DNA from: Acidimicrobiia bacterium
Lineage (GTDB): Bacteria > Actinomycetota > Acidimicrobiia > Spongiisociales > ZC4RG35
DNA length: 60,999 nt
NCBI GenBank assembly: GCA_025922945.1
Contig: JAICGW010000001.1
Location: 1-60,999 of the forward strand
Reading direction: 5' to 3'
The notes below the pieces were generated by a model that was given only the letters and a program-made list of their open reading frames with translations, did not search any database and had not been told where the DNA came from. The position numbers and the translations under genes are program-made. Shown here piece by piece: positions 17,360 to 26,494 of the stretch (positions are counted from its first letter, which is position 1; each line of letters starts with the position of its first letter).

Positions 17360-17491
17360 GTTTCCTCCCCCAGCGAACGAAGTAAGAGTTGGGGGAGGCG
17401 GCGGCGAAGCCACCGAAGGGGGTTGGGGGAGGTGGCGGCGAAGCCGCCGGAGGGGGTTCGGGGGTAAACCGAGGCGAAGCCGGGGAGGGGG
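17360..17491. repeat. GC-rich hairpin/TIR repeat family, locus A (one 9-bp-stem hairpin plus three tandem 34-35 nt units)
   Basis: GTTTCCTCCCCCA-n17-TGGGGGAGG, then 3 x (TTGGGGGAGG-stem-GAA-stem-GGAGGGGG). Fills the whole convergent gap between stops at 17343 and 17493. Confidence 0.7.
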
Positions 17492-17492
17492 C

Positions 17493-18518
17493 TTAGCTGG
17501 GGAGGGTGAAGCGGATCTCGGTTCCACCTTCGGGTCGGTTGTGCGCCTCGATCACCCCGCCGTGGGCCCGCACCAGATCGCGAGCGATGGCCAAACCGAG
17601 CCCGGTCCCAGTCGAGTCCGGACCCCTGACAAACCGCTCGAATATGCGGGGCAGCAAGTCGGGGGCGATACCCGGGCCCTGATCGATGACGGCTACCTCG
17701 TGTCCAGTGGCGGTCGATTGGTGACCAATGGTCACCACATCTCGGGCTTGGGAATGACGAAGAGCGTTGGACAGAAGGTTGGCGATTACCTCTCGCAGCC
17801 GCACGGGATCGGCCTCGACAGCGGCCCGCCCGCCTTCGATGACGATGTTGACGCCGGCGCGATCGGCTACACCCCGATAGGACGAGACAACCTCTTCGAG
17901 GAGCCCCGGTAGGTCGACCTCTTCCTTCTCCAGCTTGAGCTCGCCGGCTTCGGATAGCGACAGCGTCCGGAGGTCATCGAGGAGATGGGACATCACGCAG
18001 ATCTCCTCGAGCAGTCGATTGAGCTGATCGGGCTCGGGGGGATGCACGCCATCGATCAACGCCTCGATCTCGCCTTGCAAGACCGTGAGCGGAGTCCTGA
18101 GTTCGTGACCGAGGTCGGCCAGCAGTTGCCGTCGTTGGGCAGAGGCGGTTTCCAGTCGCTTCGCCATTTCGTTGAACGACGCCACCACCTCCCGCAGCGG
18201 ACCGCCCTCCACCTCGTCCACCCGCACGCTGTAGTCACCCTCGGCCAGGCGGGAGGTGGCGTTGACCAGGCTCCGAACCGGAAAAAAGCGGGGGCGATAT
18301 CGGCGCCGCCCGATGAGGAAGAAGAAAAGAAAGAACAAGATCGGGAACCAGGGGAACCAGAAAAAACCTCGACCGCTCTCTTTGATGGCATACGAGATCC
18401 CGCAAAGACCAAAGAGAACGAGTGGTGGGATCAACCACCACCATCGGAAGCGGTCGCGAGGATGACCCGGGGGCCAGTGTTCTCCCTCCGGCCACCACTC
18501 CGGCCGGCGGCTAGACAT
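17493..18518 (-). CDS. sensor histidine kinase (two TM segments, HAMP, HisKA, HATPase)
   Basis: H-box LGHELRTPLT, G1 DQGPGI, G2 GTGLGLAIA. Start at ATG 18518 (MSSRRPEWW), 8-nt overlap with the RR stop. Confidence 0.85.
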   Translation of the reverse strand: MSSRRPEWWPEGEHWPPGHPRDRFRWWWLIPPLVLFGLCGISYAIKESGRGFFWFPWFPILFFLFFFLIGRRRYRPRFFPVRSLVNATSRLAEGDYSVRVDEVEGGPLREVVASFNEMAKRLETASAQRRQLLADLGHELRTPLTVLQGEIEALIDGVHPPEPDQLNRLLEEICVMSHLLDDLRTLSLSEAGELKLEKEEVDLPGLLEEVVSSYRGVADRAGVNIVIEGGRAAVEADPVRLREVIANLLSNALRHSQARDVVTIGHQSTATGHEVAVIDQGPGIAPDLLPRIFERFVRGPDSTGTGLGLAIARDLVRAHGGVIEAHNRPEGGTEIRFTLPS

Positions 18519-19191
18519 CGGCCAACTTGTAGCCGACGCCATGAACTGTGATCAGGTAGCGCGGCCTCCGAGGATCGGGCTCGAGTTTGCGCCGCAGATT
18601 CTTGACATGGGCATCGATTGCCCGCTCGTACGACGGAAACGACACCCCGCGAATCGCCTCCAGCATCTGCCCGCGCGTGAAGACCCTTCCCGGCTGGCGG
18701 CCCAGGGCCGCCAACAGGTCGAATTCGGTTGAGGTCAAGTCGATCGCGACCGGCCCCCGTCGAACTTCGTGACGGGGGATGTCGATGGTGAGATCGCCCA
18801 CCATCATCACCGCGGGAGCCAACCCGGCGGCGTCGGTGCGACGCAGGACGGCCCTCACCCTGGCTACCAGCTCTTTGGGGCTGAATGGCTTCGTCAGGTA
18901 ATCGTCGGCCCCCAATTCCAATCCAACGATGCGATCGGCCTCTTCCGTGCGAGCGGTAATTACCACCACCGGTACCGGCGAGAAGGTTCGCAACGATCGG
19001 ATCACGTCCAGACCGTCGAGACCGGGAAGGCCAAGGTCGAGAACGATCAGATCGGGCTTGGTTTGACGGGCTGCGGCCAGGGCCCCAGGTCCGTCGGAGG
19101 CGGTGACCACGACGAAACCCGCCTGCTCCAGGTAGTCCCGGACCAGGCGGGTGATCTTCAACTCGTCGTCAACCACCAACACCGTGCGCAT
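18511..19191 (-). CDS. OmpR/PhoB-family response regulator
   Basis: Receiver domain (DLIVLDLGLPGLDG) plus winged-helix C-terminus (VHGVGYKL). Confidence 0.9.
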   Translation of the reverse strand: MRTVLVVDDELKITRLVRDYLEQAGFVVVTASDGPGALAAARQTKPDLIVLDLGLPGLDGLDVIRSLRTFSPVPVVVITARTEEADRIVGLELGADDYLTKPFSPKELVARVRAVLRRTDAAGLAPAVMMVGDLTIDIPRHEVRRGPVAIDLTSTEFDLLAALGRQPGRVFTRGQMLEAIRGVSFPSYERAIDAHVKNLRRKLEPDPRRPRYLITVHGVGYKLADV

Positions 19192-19213
19192 CAGAGTTGA
19201 TTATCGGCCCGCG

Positions 19214-19588
19214 CTACGCGGGAGGCGCCTGACCTTCGTCTTTGTGAGCTTGATCGTGCATTTCCCGGAATCGCCCTTCGATGTACTCATGACGCGATCC
19301 CCAGTCTCCACCGCCCGGTCCTCCCCAAGGCCCTCGACGCCGAAAGGCCGAGAAGATGAGGAAGAAGAACAGCAGGGGGAAGATCCAGAAGAACGGGAAG
19401 AAGCCGAAGCCGTAGCCGCGGTGGCCCCATCCTCGATCGACCACTACGGTCGATGCCCCGTCTTCCGCGCCTGTGGCGGCGGCCGTGATAGCTCCGGATT
19501 CGTAACCATTCTGATAGGCAACATAAATCGCGGCTCCGACCAGCACCACGGCAAGAGCGATGGCCAGTATTCGTGATGTCCTGTTCAC
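19214..19588 (-). CDS. small membrane protein, Gly/Phe-rich, first gene of the two-component operon
   Basis: 124 aa with two hydrophobic segments. The second (FGFFPFFWIFPLLFFFLIFSAFRRR) resembles TM2 of the downstream kinase. Confidence 0.5.
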   Translation of the reverse strand: MNRTSRILAIALAVVLVGAAIYVAYQNGYESGAITAAATGAEDGASTVVVDRGWGHRGYGFGFFPFFWIFPLLFFFLIFSAFRRRGPWGGPGGGDWGSRHEYIEGRFREMHDQAHKDEGQAPPA

Positions 19589-19668
19589 AAGGTCTCCTTT
19601 CAGTCCTGTGTCGAGACCAAGATGGCCGACGGATGTGAAGGACTCGTGAAGATGATGCGGAGGTTCCG

Positions 19669-20100
19669 ATGAGAACGTTGGTAGTGCTGGCGGCGATCGT
19701 CTGCGGGATCGCGGTGGCGATTCAGGCCCAGTTCACGGGCGCCATGCAGCGCCAGATCGGCACTTTGGAGTCGACCTTCATCACCTATTTCTCCGGCGGG
19801 CTCATCATTGCCCTCGTTACCCTCGCCGCTCGAGGAGGGAATCTGGCTGCCGCCCGGAGCCTCCCCTGGTATGTCTGGAGCGCCGGCGTTCTCGGTCTCG
19901 TCATCATCTTCACGCTCTCGCTCTCCGTGGGCCAGATCGGTTTAGTCCCGGCTTTGGTGATCATCACTGTCAGTCAGTTCGTGGTTGGGGCCGTCATCAA
20001 CCATTTCGGCTTGCTCGGCGCCGCGATCAACCCGATGGACTTCTCCAAGCTCCTGGGGTTCGTGCTGCTTGGGGCGGGGACCTTCTTTGTACTGCGATGA
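19669..20100 (+). CDS. DMT-superfamily small membrane protein (DUF606/YdcZ-like)
   Basis: 143 aa, about 5 TM segments. N-terminus GIAVAIQAQFTGAM is typical of DUF606. Confidence 0.65.
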   Translation: MRTLVVLAAIVCGIAVAIQAQFTGAMQRQIGTLESTFITYFSGGLIIALVTLAARGGNLAAARSLPWYVWSAGVLGLVIIFTLSLSVGQIGLVPALVIITVSQFVVGAVINHFGLLGAAINPMDFSKLLGFVLLGAGTFFVLR

Positions 20101-20102
20101 AT

Positions 20103-20654
20103 TCAGGTAAGGGGCGCGAAGGCAAACGGGACCGCAAAGCGCAGACACCAGATCAGAACCCCGCGGTGGGTGGCGGGATCGAATTCGGCTGGCAACTCGT
20201 AGTTCTGGCCCCCGCGATTCCCTTTCAGTTTTCCGAGATCGAGGTAAATGTTTGGAACTCCCGCTTCGTAGGCGTTGCCCGCGATCACCCAGACATAGAG
20301 GTCAGGCCCGTTTTGGATGTCGGTGTCGTCCTCGAAGCGAAGAACGTACTTCCCTTCGTCCTCGTAGATGGTGGCGGTACCTGCGGCGCGGTGATCGATA
20401 CCAGCGAAATCACCGCGGACGAGAACAACGGGACCCGCACTTGAAGAAGCACTCGGTTGTGAATTGGTAGGAGCCGGAACGGTGACCGATGACGGGGCGG
20501 GTTCTACCGAGGTGGTCGCGGCGGTCGTAGTCGCGAAGGCTTCGCTCAGCGATTCATCGACCGGATCGTCGGCAAAGAGTTTGTCAGGTCGGAAGAGCAG
20601 AAAGCCTGCGATCAGGGCAATGGCGAGGCTGGCGAAAAGGTAGGGACGCTTCAT
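20103..20654 (-). CDS. DM13 domain-containing secreted/anchored protein
   Basis: N-terminal anchor and Ser/Thr/Pro linker. C-terminal GDFAGIDHRAAGTATIY...NGPDLYVW...IWCLRFAVPF pattern of DM13. Confidence 0.65.
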   Translation of the reverse strand: MKRPYLFASLAIALIAGFLLFRPDKLFADDPVDESLSEAFATTTAATTSVEPAPSSVTVPAPTNSQPSASSSAGPVVLVRGDFAGIDHRAAGTATIYEDEGKYVLRFEDDTDIQNGPDLYVWVIAGNAYEAGVPNIYLDLGKLKGNRGGQNYELPAEFDPATHRGVLIWCLRFAVPFAFAPLT

Positions 20655-20734
20655 GTCCCTCCTAACCCCACCCTCTCACGTCTCGTTCCCGGAGTGACAC
20701 TAGGTTGGGCCGCCGCCGAGATCAGGAGTGAGAG

Positions 20735-22687
20735 ATGAGCAGTGCGCTGGAGAATTTGCTGCAGGAGAACCGCTCCTTTCCTCCCGATCCTGCTTTTGTC
20801 CGGGCAGCCAACGCTCAACCAGGCATCCATGAACAAGCCGAGGAAGACTGGAAGGGCTACTGGCTCGACCAGGCAGTCAACCGTCTCTCGTGGTTCGAAG
20901 CTCCGCAGCAAACTCTCGACGATACGAACGCTCCGTTTTACCGGTGGTTCACGGATGGTGTGATCAATCTCTCCTACAACTGCCTCGATCGACACCTCGA
21001 TTCATCGGCGGAGAAGGTCGCCTACCACTGGATCGGCGAGCCAGGAGAGACCCGCACTCTCACCTACCGGGACCTCTACCGGGAGGTTTGCCGCTTCGCC
21101 AATGCCCTGCGCTCGCTCGGACTCAAGAAGGGTGATACCGCCGCCCTCTATATGGGCATGGTGCCGGAGCTGCCGGTGGCGATGCTCGCCTGCGCCCGGA
21201 TCGGCGTGATCCATTCAGCAGTCTTCGGTGGCTTCTCGGCCGAAGCCCTGATCGACCGCATCAACGACGCCGAATCCACCGTGGTGATCACCCAGGACTT
21301 CGCCTGGCGAGCGGGTAAGGAAGTGCCGCTCAAAGCCAATACCGATAACGCCGTGGCTCGAACTCCCTCGGTCAAGAATGTCATCGTCCTGCGCCGAACG
21401 GGTTCTGAGGTGGCGATGACCGAAGGACGCGACATTTGGTGGGACGAGCTAGTCGCCGATCAATCCGACGAGTGTGAACCCGAGCGGCTGATGGCCGAAG
21501 ATCCGCTCTACATCCTTTACACCTCCGGTACCACGGGCAAGCCGAAGGGCATTGTCCACACGCAGGGTGGCTATCTCACCCAGGTCGCCACTAGTCACAG
21601 CCAGGTCTTCGATCACAAGCCGGATGAGGACATCTACTGGTGCGCGGCCGACATCGGCTGGGTGACCGGGCACAGCTACATCGTCTATGGGCCCTTGACC
21701 AACCGGGCGACCTCGATCATCTACGAGGGGGCGCCCAATTTTCCCGACTTCGACCGGCTGTGGAAGATCATCGAGGACTACAAGGTCACGATTCTTTACA
21801 CCGCTCCGACCGCCATCCGCTCGTTCATGAAGTGGGGAGAGGAGTATCCCGGCCGTCACGATCTCAGTTCCCTGCGCTTGCTGGGTTCGGTGGGAGAGCC
21901 GATCAATCCCGAGGCCTGGATGTGGTATCAGCGCGTGATCGGTGGCGAGCGCTGTCCCGTGGTCGATACCTGGTGGCAGACGGAGACCGGGGCGATCATG
22001 ATCAGCCCGCTTCCCGGCATCACCTCTACCAAACCGGGCTCGGCCACTCGTCCGCTGCCGGGGCTCTCGGCCGATGTGGTGGACGAGACCGGGGCCTCGG
22101 TCCCCCTCGGGGGCGGGGGCTTTCTCGTGATCGACCGGCCCTGGCCGGCGATGGCCCGCACGATTCACGGAGACCCGGATCGGTTCGTCGAAACCTACTG
22201 GTCCCGCTTCCCGGGCCGCTACTTCCCCGGCGATGGGGCCAAGCGGGACGAGGACGGGTACTTCTGGTTGCTCGGCCGGGTGGATGACATCATGTTGGTC
22301 TCGGGTCACAACATCTCCACCACGGAGGTGGAATCGGCCCTGGTTTCACACCCGGCGGTAGCCGAGGCGGCGGTGGTGGGGCGTAAGGATGATCTCACCG
22401 GGCAAGCGATCGCCGCTTTCGTCACCCTGCGCGGTCAGGTGGAAGGCGATGAGACTCTCTTGCGTGAACTGCGCGAGCACGTTGGCTCCACTATCGGACC
22501 GATCGCCAAGCCGAAGTCGATCGTATTTACCAACGACCTTCCCAAGACCCGCTCGGGAAAGATCATGCGCCGGCTGCTGCGCGATATCTCCGAGAATCGC
22601 CAGCTCGGTGATGTCACCACCCTCGCCAACGAAGCCGTCGTGGAAGAGATCGCCGAGATGGCAGCCAGCACCTCGTCGGAGGAATAG
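20735..22687 (+). CDS. acs: acetyl-CoA synthetase
   Basis: 650 aa with YTSGTTGKPKG AMP-binding motif and C-terminal PKTRSGKIMRR containing the regulatory Lys. Confidence 0.95.
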   Translation: MSSALENLLQENRSFPPDPAFVRAANAQPGIHEQAEEDWKGYWLDQAVNRLSWFEAPQQTLDDTNAPFYRWFTDGVINLSYNCLDRHLDSSAEKVAYHWIGEPGETRTLTYRDLYREVCRFANALRSLGLKKGDTAALYMGMVPELPVAMLACARIGVIHSAVFGGFSAEALIDRINDAESTVVITQDFAWRAGKEVPLKANTDNAVARTPSVKNVIVLRRTGSEVAMTEGRDIWWDELVADQSDECEPERLMAEDPLYILYTSGTTGKPKGIVHTQGGYLTQVATSHSQVFDHKPDEDIYWCAADIGWVTGHSYIVYGPLTNRATSIIYEGAPNFPDFDRLWKIIEDYKVTILYTAPTAIRSFMKWGEEYPGRHDLSSLRLLGSVGEPINPEAWMWYQRVIGGERCPVVDTWWQTETGAIMISPLPGITSTKPGSATRPLPGLSADVVDETGASVPLGGGGFLVIDRPWPAMARTIHGDPDRFVETYWSRFPGRYFPGDGAKRDEDGYFWLLGRVDDIMLVSGHNISTTEVESALVSHPAVAEAAVVGRKDDLTGQAIAAFVTLRGQVEGDETLLRELREHVGSTIGPIAKPKSIVFTNDLPKTRSGKIMRRLLRDISENRQLGDVTTLANEAVVEEIAEMAASTSSEE

Positions 22688-22788
22688 TGGGCCGAACGAA
22701 GCTGGCCTTGCAAGCGCTGGTCGTTCTGGCCGCGGTGCTCCTCACTATCTGGTTGATCTACCGACCAGGAGGAGTTGGCGGCTATTGA
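22687..22788 (+). CDS. possible 33-aa single-TM micro-ORF bridging acs and the GNAT gene
   Basis: GTG overlaps the acs TAG by 1 nt. Encodes VGRTKLALQALVVLAAVLLTIWLIYRPGGVGGY. Its TGA overlaps the GNAT TTG (TTGA). No homology evidence. Confidence 0.2.
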   Translation: MGRTKLALQALVVLAAVLLTIWLIYRPGGVGGY

Positions 22789-23525
22789 TCGAGGTTCGCC
22801 TGGCCGGGGCCGGCGACCTTCCCGAAATGCACCGGATTTGGTGGGCGACCGGTTCATCGCCGGGCAAGCACAATCCCTGGTTTGCTCATGTGCTCCGGAC
22901 GGGACGGATGGTGGTGGCGGTCGAGGGCGAGCAGGTGGTGGGTTTCGCCGGTCATCGAATGGTTTGGCAAACGAACGTCATCTCCGACTGCTTCGTCGAT
23001 CCCGCCTGCCAAGGTGTGGGGATCGGCACCGCCATGCTCACCTTTCTGCTTCCGCCCGGCGAAGAGGTGATGACGCTGGCCTCCGACGATCCCAAAGCGC
23101 ATTCCCTCTACCGCCGATGGGGAATGCGGCCGGTGGTCGACTGCCCGTACCTGCAAGCGACGGGCAGAGGAGACGGCATGACCCACGAAAACGACACGTA
23201 TCCGATCCCGTCCGCCGACCTGCCCCATCTGCAGGGTGACCTCGGCTGTCAGTTCGTGCGGGCACAGGACAGCCTGGCGGCCATCACCGAGCACTCGATT
23301 GAGTCGTCGCTCCTGACCCCGGGCGACGACCCGATCGCAGTTTTCCAAGCGTTCTTGGGAAGAGCGGGGACGGTCGAGTTACAGATGGGCGAGTCACATC
23401 CCGCCTTCGGGTCCTTCGAATGCATGGAGACCTTCCGCGACACGTTGATGGCGACGCCCGATGCCCAGATCCCCGATCCGCGACGGATCACCTACAACGG
23501 CGACCTGCTAGCCGTTGGTTACTGA
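22785..23525 (+). CDS. GNAT-family N-acetyltransferase
   Basis: VVGFAGH...CFVDPACQGVGIGTAML acetyl-CoA binding motif. TTG start at 22785 with AGGAGGAG about 10 nt upstream. The rest of the 378-aa track ORF overlaps acs. Confidence 0.7.
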   Translation: MIEVRLAGAGDLPEMHRIWWATGSSPGKHNPWFAHVLRTGRMVVAVEGEQVVGFAGHRMVWQTNVISDCFVDPACQGVGIGTAMLTFLLPPGEEVMTLASDDPKAHSLYRRWGMRPVVDCPYLQATGRGDGMTHENDTYPIPSADLPHLQGDLGCQFVRAQDSLAAITEHSIESSLLTPGDDPIAVFQAFLGRAGTVELQMGESHPAFGSFECMETFRDTLMATPDAQIPDPRRITYNGDLLAVGY

Positions 23526-23526
23526 C

Positions 23527-24615
23527 ATGGCGGCCAAGGTTCACAGGCTCGACCTCGAGCAAGCCCGCCAAATTGCGGTTCGGGCACAGCTGCTCGACGG
23601 CGAGCGGCCGGCGAATCTCCTCGAGGTGGTGAAGCGGCTGACATTCATCCAACTCGACCCGACGGCGGCGGTGGCGCCCAGCGTCGATCTGGTTGCTTTC
23701 GGGCGCCTGGGTTCCTCGTATCGCCCCGAGGACTTAGGGGAGGCGATGGAGCAAAGGTCCATCTTCGAACATCGATTCATGGAGCCCAACGCGCCCGCGG
23801 TGGCGCTGGTGCGGCCGATGGACGATCTCGGGTTGTTCCTGGTTGAGATGCGAACGCTGCCGAGGTACGCAAGCACCCGGGAGTGGCTCCGGGCTAACGA
23901 TGGGTTTCGCCGCGACGTGCTCGACCTCCTGGGTCGCTCAGGACCGCTTCTCTCCCGCGACATACCGGACACTGGAGCCGTGTCGTGGGCGTCGACGGGA
24001 TGGTCCAACAATCGCAACGTGACCCAGATGCTCGAAATCCTCCTCATCCGAGGCGAAGTAGCCATCGCCGGGCGGCGGGGAAGGCAACGCCTCTGGGATC
24101 TGGCCGAACGCGTGTATCCCTTCCCGATCGAGGAAGTACCGATGGCTGAAGCGATGCGAGCCCGCGCAGAGCGAATCCTGCAATCCCTCGGACTCGCCCG
24201 CCCGAAGGTGGTGGGCGATGTGGGCGAGCCGGCCACAGTGGAGGAGACGACGGGAGAGTGGCGAGTTGATCCCGGGGCTATCGGCCGGCCCTTCGCCGGT
24301 CGGACGGTGATGCTCTCTCCATTCGACCGGCTGATCCACGATCGCGACCGGAGCCGTGATCTATTCGACTTCGAGTACCTGCTCGAGATGTACAAACCGG
24401 CGAACCAGCGCCGCTGGGGCTACTTCGCCCTGCCGATCCTTCACCACGAGCGGCTGATCGGAAAGCTCGACGCGGTGGCCGACCGCAAGGCAGGAACCCT
24501 TCGAGTCAACGCCATCCATCAGGACGTACGCTTCACCAAAGCCATGTCGAAAGCGGTGCAGAACGAGATCGCGGCCTTGGCTTCATGGCTCGGGTTGGGC
24601 GTCTCCGGTATATAG
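23527..24615 (+). CDS. winged-helix DNA glycosylase YcaQ family (DUF1006) protein
   Basis: ARQIAVRAQLLD...LEVVKRLTFIQLDP opening and GYFALPIL C-terminal motif are typical of YcaQ-like proteins. Confidence 0.7.
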   Translation: MAAKVHRLDLEQARQIAVRAQLLDGERPANLLEVVKRLTFIQLDPTAAVAPSVDLVAFGRLGSSYRPEDLGEAMEQRSIFEHRFMEPNAPAVALVRPMDDLGLFLVEMRTLPRYASTREWLRANDGFRRDVLDLLGRSGPLLSRDIPDTGAVSWASTGWSNNRNVTQMLEILLIRGEVAIAGRRGRQRLWDLAERVYPFPIEEVPMAEAMRARAERILQSLGLARPKVVGDVGEPATVEETTGEWRVDPGAIGRPFAGRTVMLSPFDRLIHDRDRSRDLFDFEYLLEMYKPANQRRWGYFALPILHHERLIGKLDAVADRKAGTLRVNAIHQDVRFTKAMSKAVQNEIAALASWLGLGVSGI

Positions 24616-24636
24616 GCAGCGACTTAGCATTTGCGT

Positions 24637-25800
24637 ATGCCCGACGTTTTCGTGCTTGCTGCCCTCCGCTCGGCGATCGGACGCTTTGGCGGCGGCTTCA
24701 AAGACTTGACCCCGCCGGCGCTGGCCGCGCCAGTGATGCGGGCGGCGCTGGAGGATGCCGGCGTAGGCGGTGACCAGCTCGACTTGGTCATCATGGGCAA
24801 CGTCCTCCGTGGCGGCCACGGCCAACTCGTCCCCCGGCAGGCGGCTTTCCTCGCCGGGATCCCCAAGCACGTCGATGCACTGGCTGTCGACATGGTTTGC
24901 TCTTCCGGCATGGCGGCGGTGATGACCGCTGCCTCCCAGATCAAGGCCGGGGAAGTGGATCTCGTTCTCGCCGGCGGCCTGGAGTCGATGTCGGGGGCCG
25001 GCTTCGCCCTCAACGCCAAAGCTCGCTGGGGGTGGAAATACGCTCCGGCGGGGGCACGGATTGTCGACCTCATGGCGCGGGACGGGCTCACCGATCCTGA
25101 ATCCGGCGAAGCCATGGGAGAGCAGACCGAGAGGTTGATCGCCGAAGAGGGTGTTTCGCGGTCTGAACTCGACGAGGTGGCGGCGGCTTCGCATCAACGG
25201 GCGGCGGCGGCAACCGACAACGGCGCCTTCGCAGAAGAGATCGTGGCAGTCGAAGGGGTTTCGGCCGACGAGGGGATCCGCGCCGATTCCAGCGTCGCCA
25301 ACCTCGGCTCGCTCCGCCCAGCCTTTCGAAAGGATGGGGTTCTCACCGCCGGCAACTCGAGCCAGATCTCCGACGGAGCGGCGGCTTTGGTGCTCGCCTC
25401 GGCCCGGGCGGTGAACGAATACGGGTTGAAGCCCATTGCCAAGGTCACGGGTTCGGCGTGGGCGGCAGGAGAGCCTTATCGATTTCCCGAGGCCCCGATT
25501 CCGGCCGTGGAGAAGCTTTTGAAGAGGGACGGGACGTCGATCTCGGACTTCGACCTATTCGAGAACAACGAGGCCTTCGCCTTGAACACCGTCTTGTTCA
25601 CTCGGAGGCTCGGAGTCGATCCGGCAACTCTCAACGTCAACGGTGGTGCCATTGCCCTCGGCCATCCGATCGGCTGCTCGGGGGCGCGCATTCTGGTGAC
25701 CCTCCTCCACGCCCTCCGCCACCGCGGGGGAGCCAACGGTCTCGCTGCCATCTGTCATGGGACCGGTGGAGGCACCGTCACCTCCATCGAACTCGTCTAA
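24637..25800 (+). CDS. acetyl-CoA C-acetyltransferase (thiolase)
   Basis: Active-site VCSSGM, NVNGGAIALGHPIGCSGAR and CHGTGGG motifs. Confidence 0.9.
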   Translation: MPDVFVLAALRSAIGRFGGGFKDLTPPALAAPVMRAALEDAGVGGDQLDLVIMGNVLRGGHGQLVPRQAAFLAGIPKHVDALAVDMVCSSGMAAVMTAASQIKAGEVDLVLAGGLESMSGAGFALNAKARWGWKYAPAGARIVDLMARDGLTDPESGEAMGEQTERLIAEEGVSRSELDEVAAASHQRAAAATDNGAFAEEIVAVEGVSADEGIRADSSVANLGSLRPAFRKDGVLTAGNSSQISDGAAALVLASARAVNEYGLKPIAKVTGSAWAAGEPYRFPEAPIPAVEKLLKRDGTSISDFDLFENNEAFALNTVLFTRRLGVDPATLNVNGGAIALGHPIGCSGARILVTLLHALRHRGGANGLAAICHGTGGGTVTSIELV

Positions 25801-25855
25801 ATCGCGACCCAGGGTCGCTGTAGATGCTGTACAGCGCTACCAGCCCACAGACGCG

Positions 25856-26494
25856 TCATTTCGCGGCGCGAGCCGCGGCGGCAGCTCGCGCCACCCACGC
25901 CGGAGGATCCCCGTAGCGCTGGGGTGGGACCAGGCGGCCGGCGGCCGAGTCTTCGATCAGCTGCGTCATCCGCTTCTCCCGGGTTGCCTCTTGCTTGGCC
26001 GACATCACCCAATAGATGGTGCTGGCTCGATAGCTCGGGGTGGCGACGTCCCAGAACGCCGAGGCCTTGGGTTCTGCCGCCAGCCGAGCCACAAACTCGG
26101 CGGGAAGCGCGATCTCGTGGCGGTTCTCGTACGAATAGACGCCGCTCTGCTCCGGTCGTCGCTTCTCGAACGCGGCCAGCCCCGCGGGCGTCATCCGGCC
26201 CTCGGCCACCAGCTTTTCGACCAAGGCAATATTGATCTTGCTCCAATTGCTTCCCGGTTTGCGGGGCGTCCAGCGCTGGCGCCGCGAGTTCTCGTCGATC
26301 CGTTGTGATTTTGAGTCGATCCAGCCGAAGCACAGTGCTTCCTCGACCGCCTCCTCCCAAGTGATCCCCCGCGGCTTCACGTGTTTCGAGTTCAACTTCA
26401 TCCACAGTTCCGCCTTCTTGTCGTGGTTCTTCTCGAGCCAACGACGAAATGCAGCTGCGTTGGCAAACGGCACCCCAAAACGGTCGTCAGTCAT
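25856..26494 (-). CDS. YdeI/OmpD-associated family protein
   Basis: AAFRRWLEKNH...EEALCFGWIDS and WVMSAKQEATREKR pattern. Confidence 0.65.
   Translation of the reverse strand: MTDDRFGVPFANAAAFRRWLEKNHDKKAELWMKLNSKHVKPRGITWEEAVEEALCFGWIDSKSQRIDENSRRQRWTPRKPGSNWSKINIALVEKLVAEGRMTPAGLAAFEKRRPEQSGVYSYENRHEIALPAEFVARLAAEPKASAFWDVATPSYRASTIYWVMSAKQEATREKRMTQLIEDSAAGRLVPPQRYGDPPAWVARAAAAARAAK

Noticed and set aside
17389-17491. The three tandem 34-35 nt repeats as a possible mini-CRISPR array
   Set aside because: The units are directly adjacent with no spacers, and no cas genes are present. The same module occurs singly at other loci. I treat it as a dispersed hairpin repeat instead.
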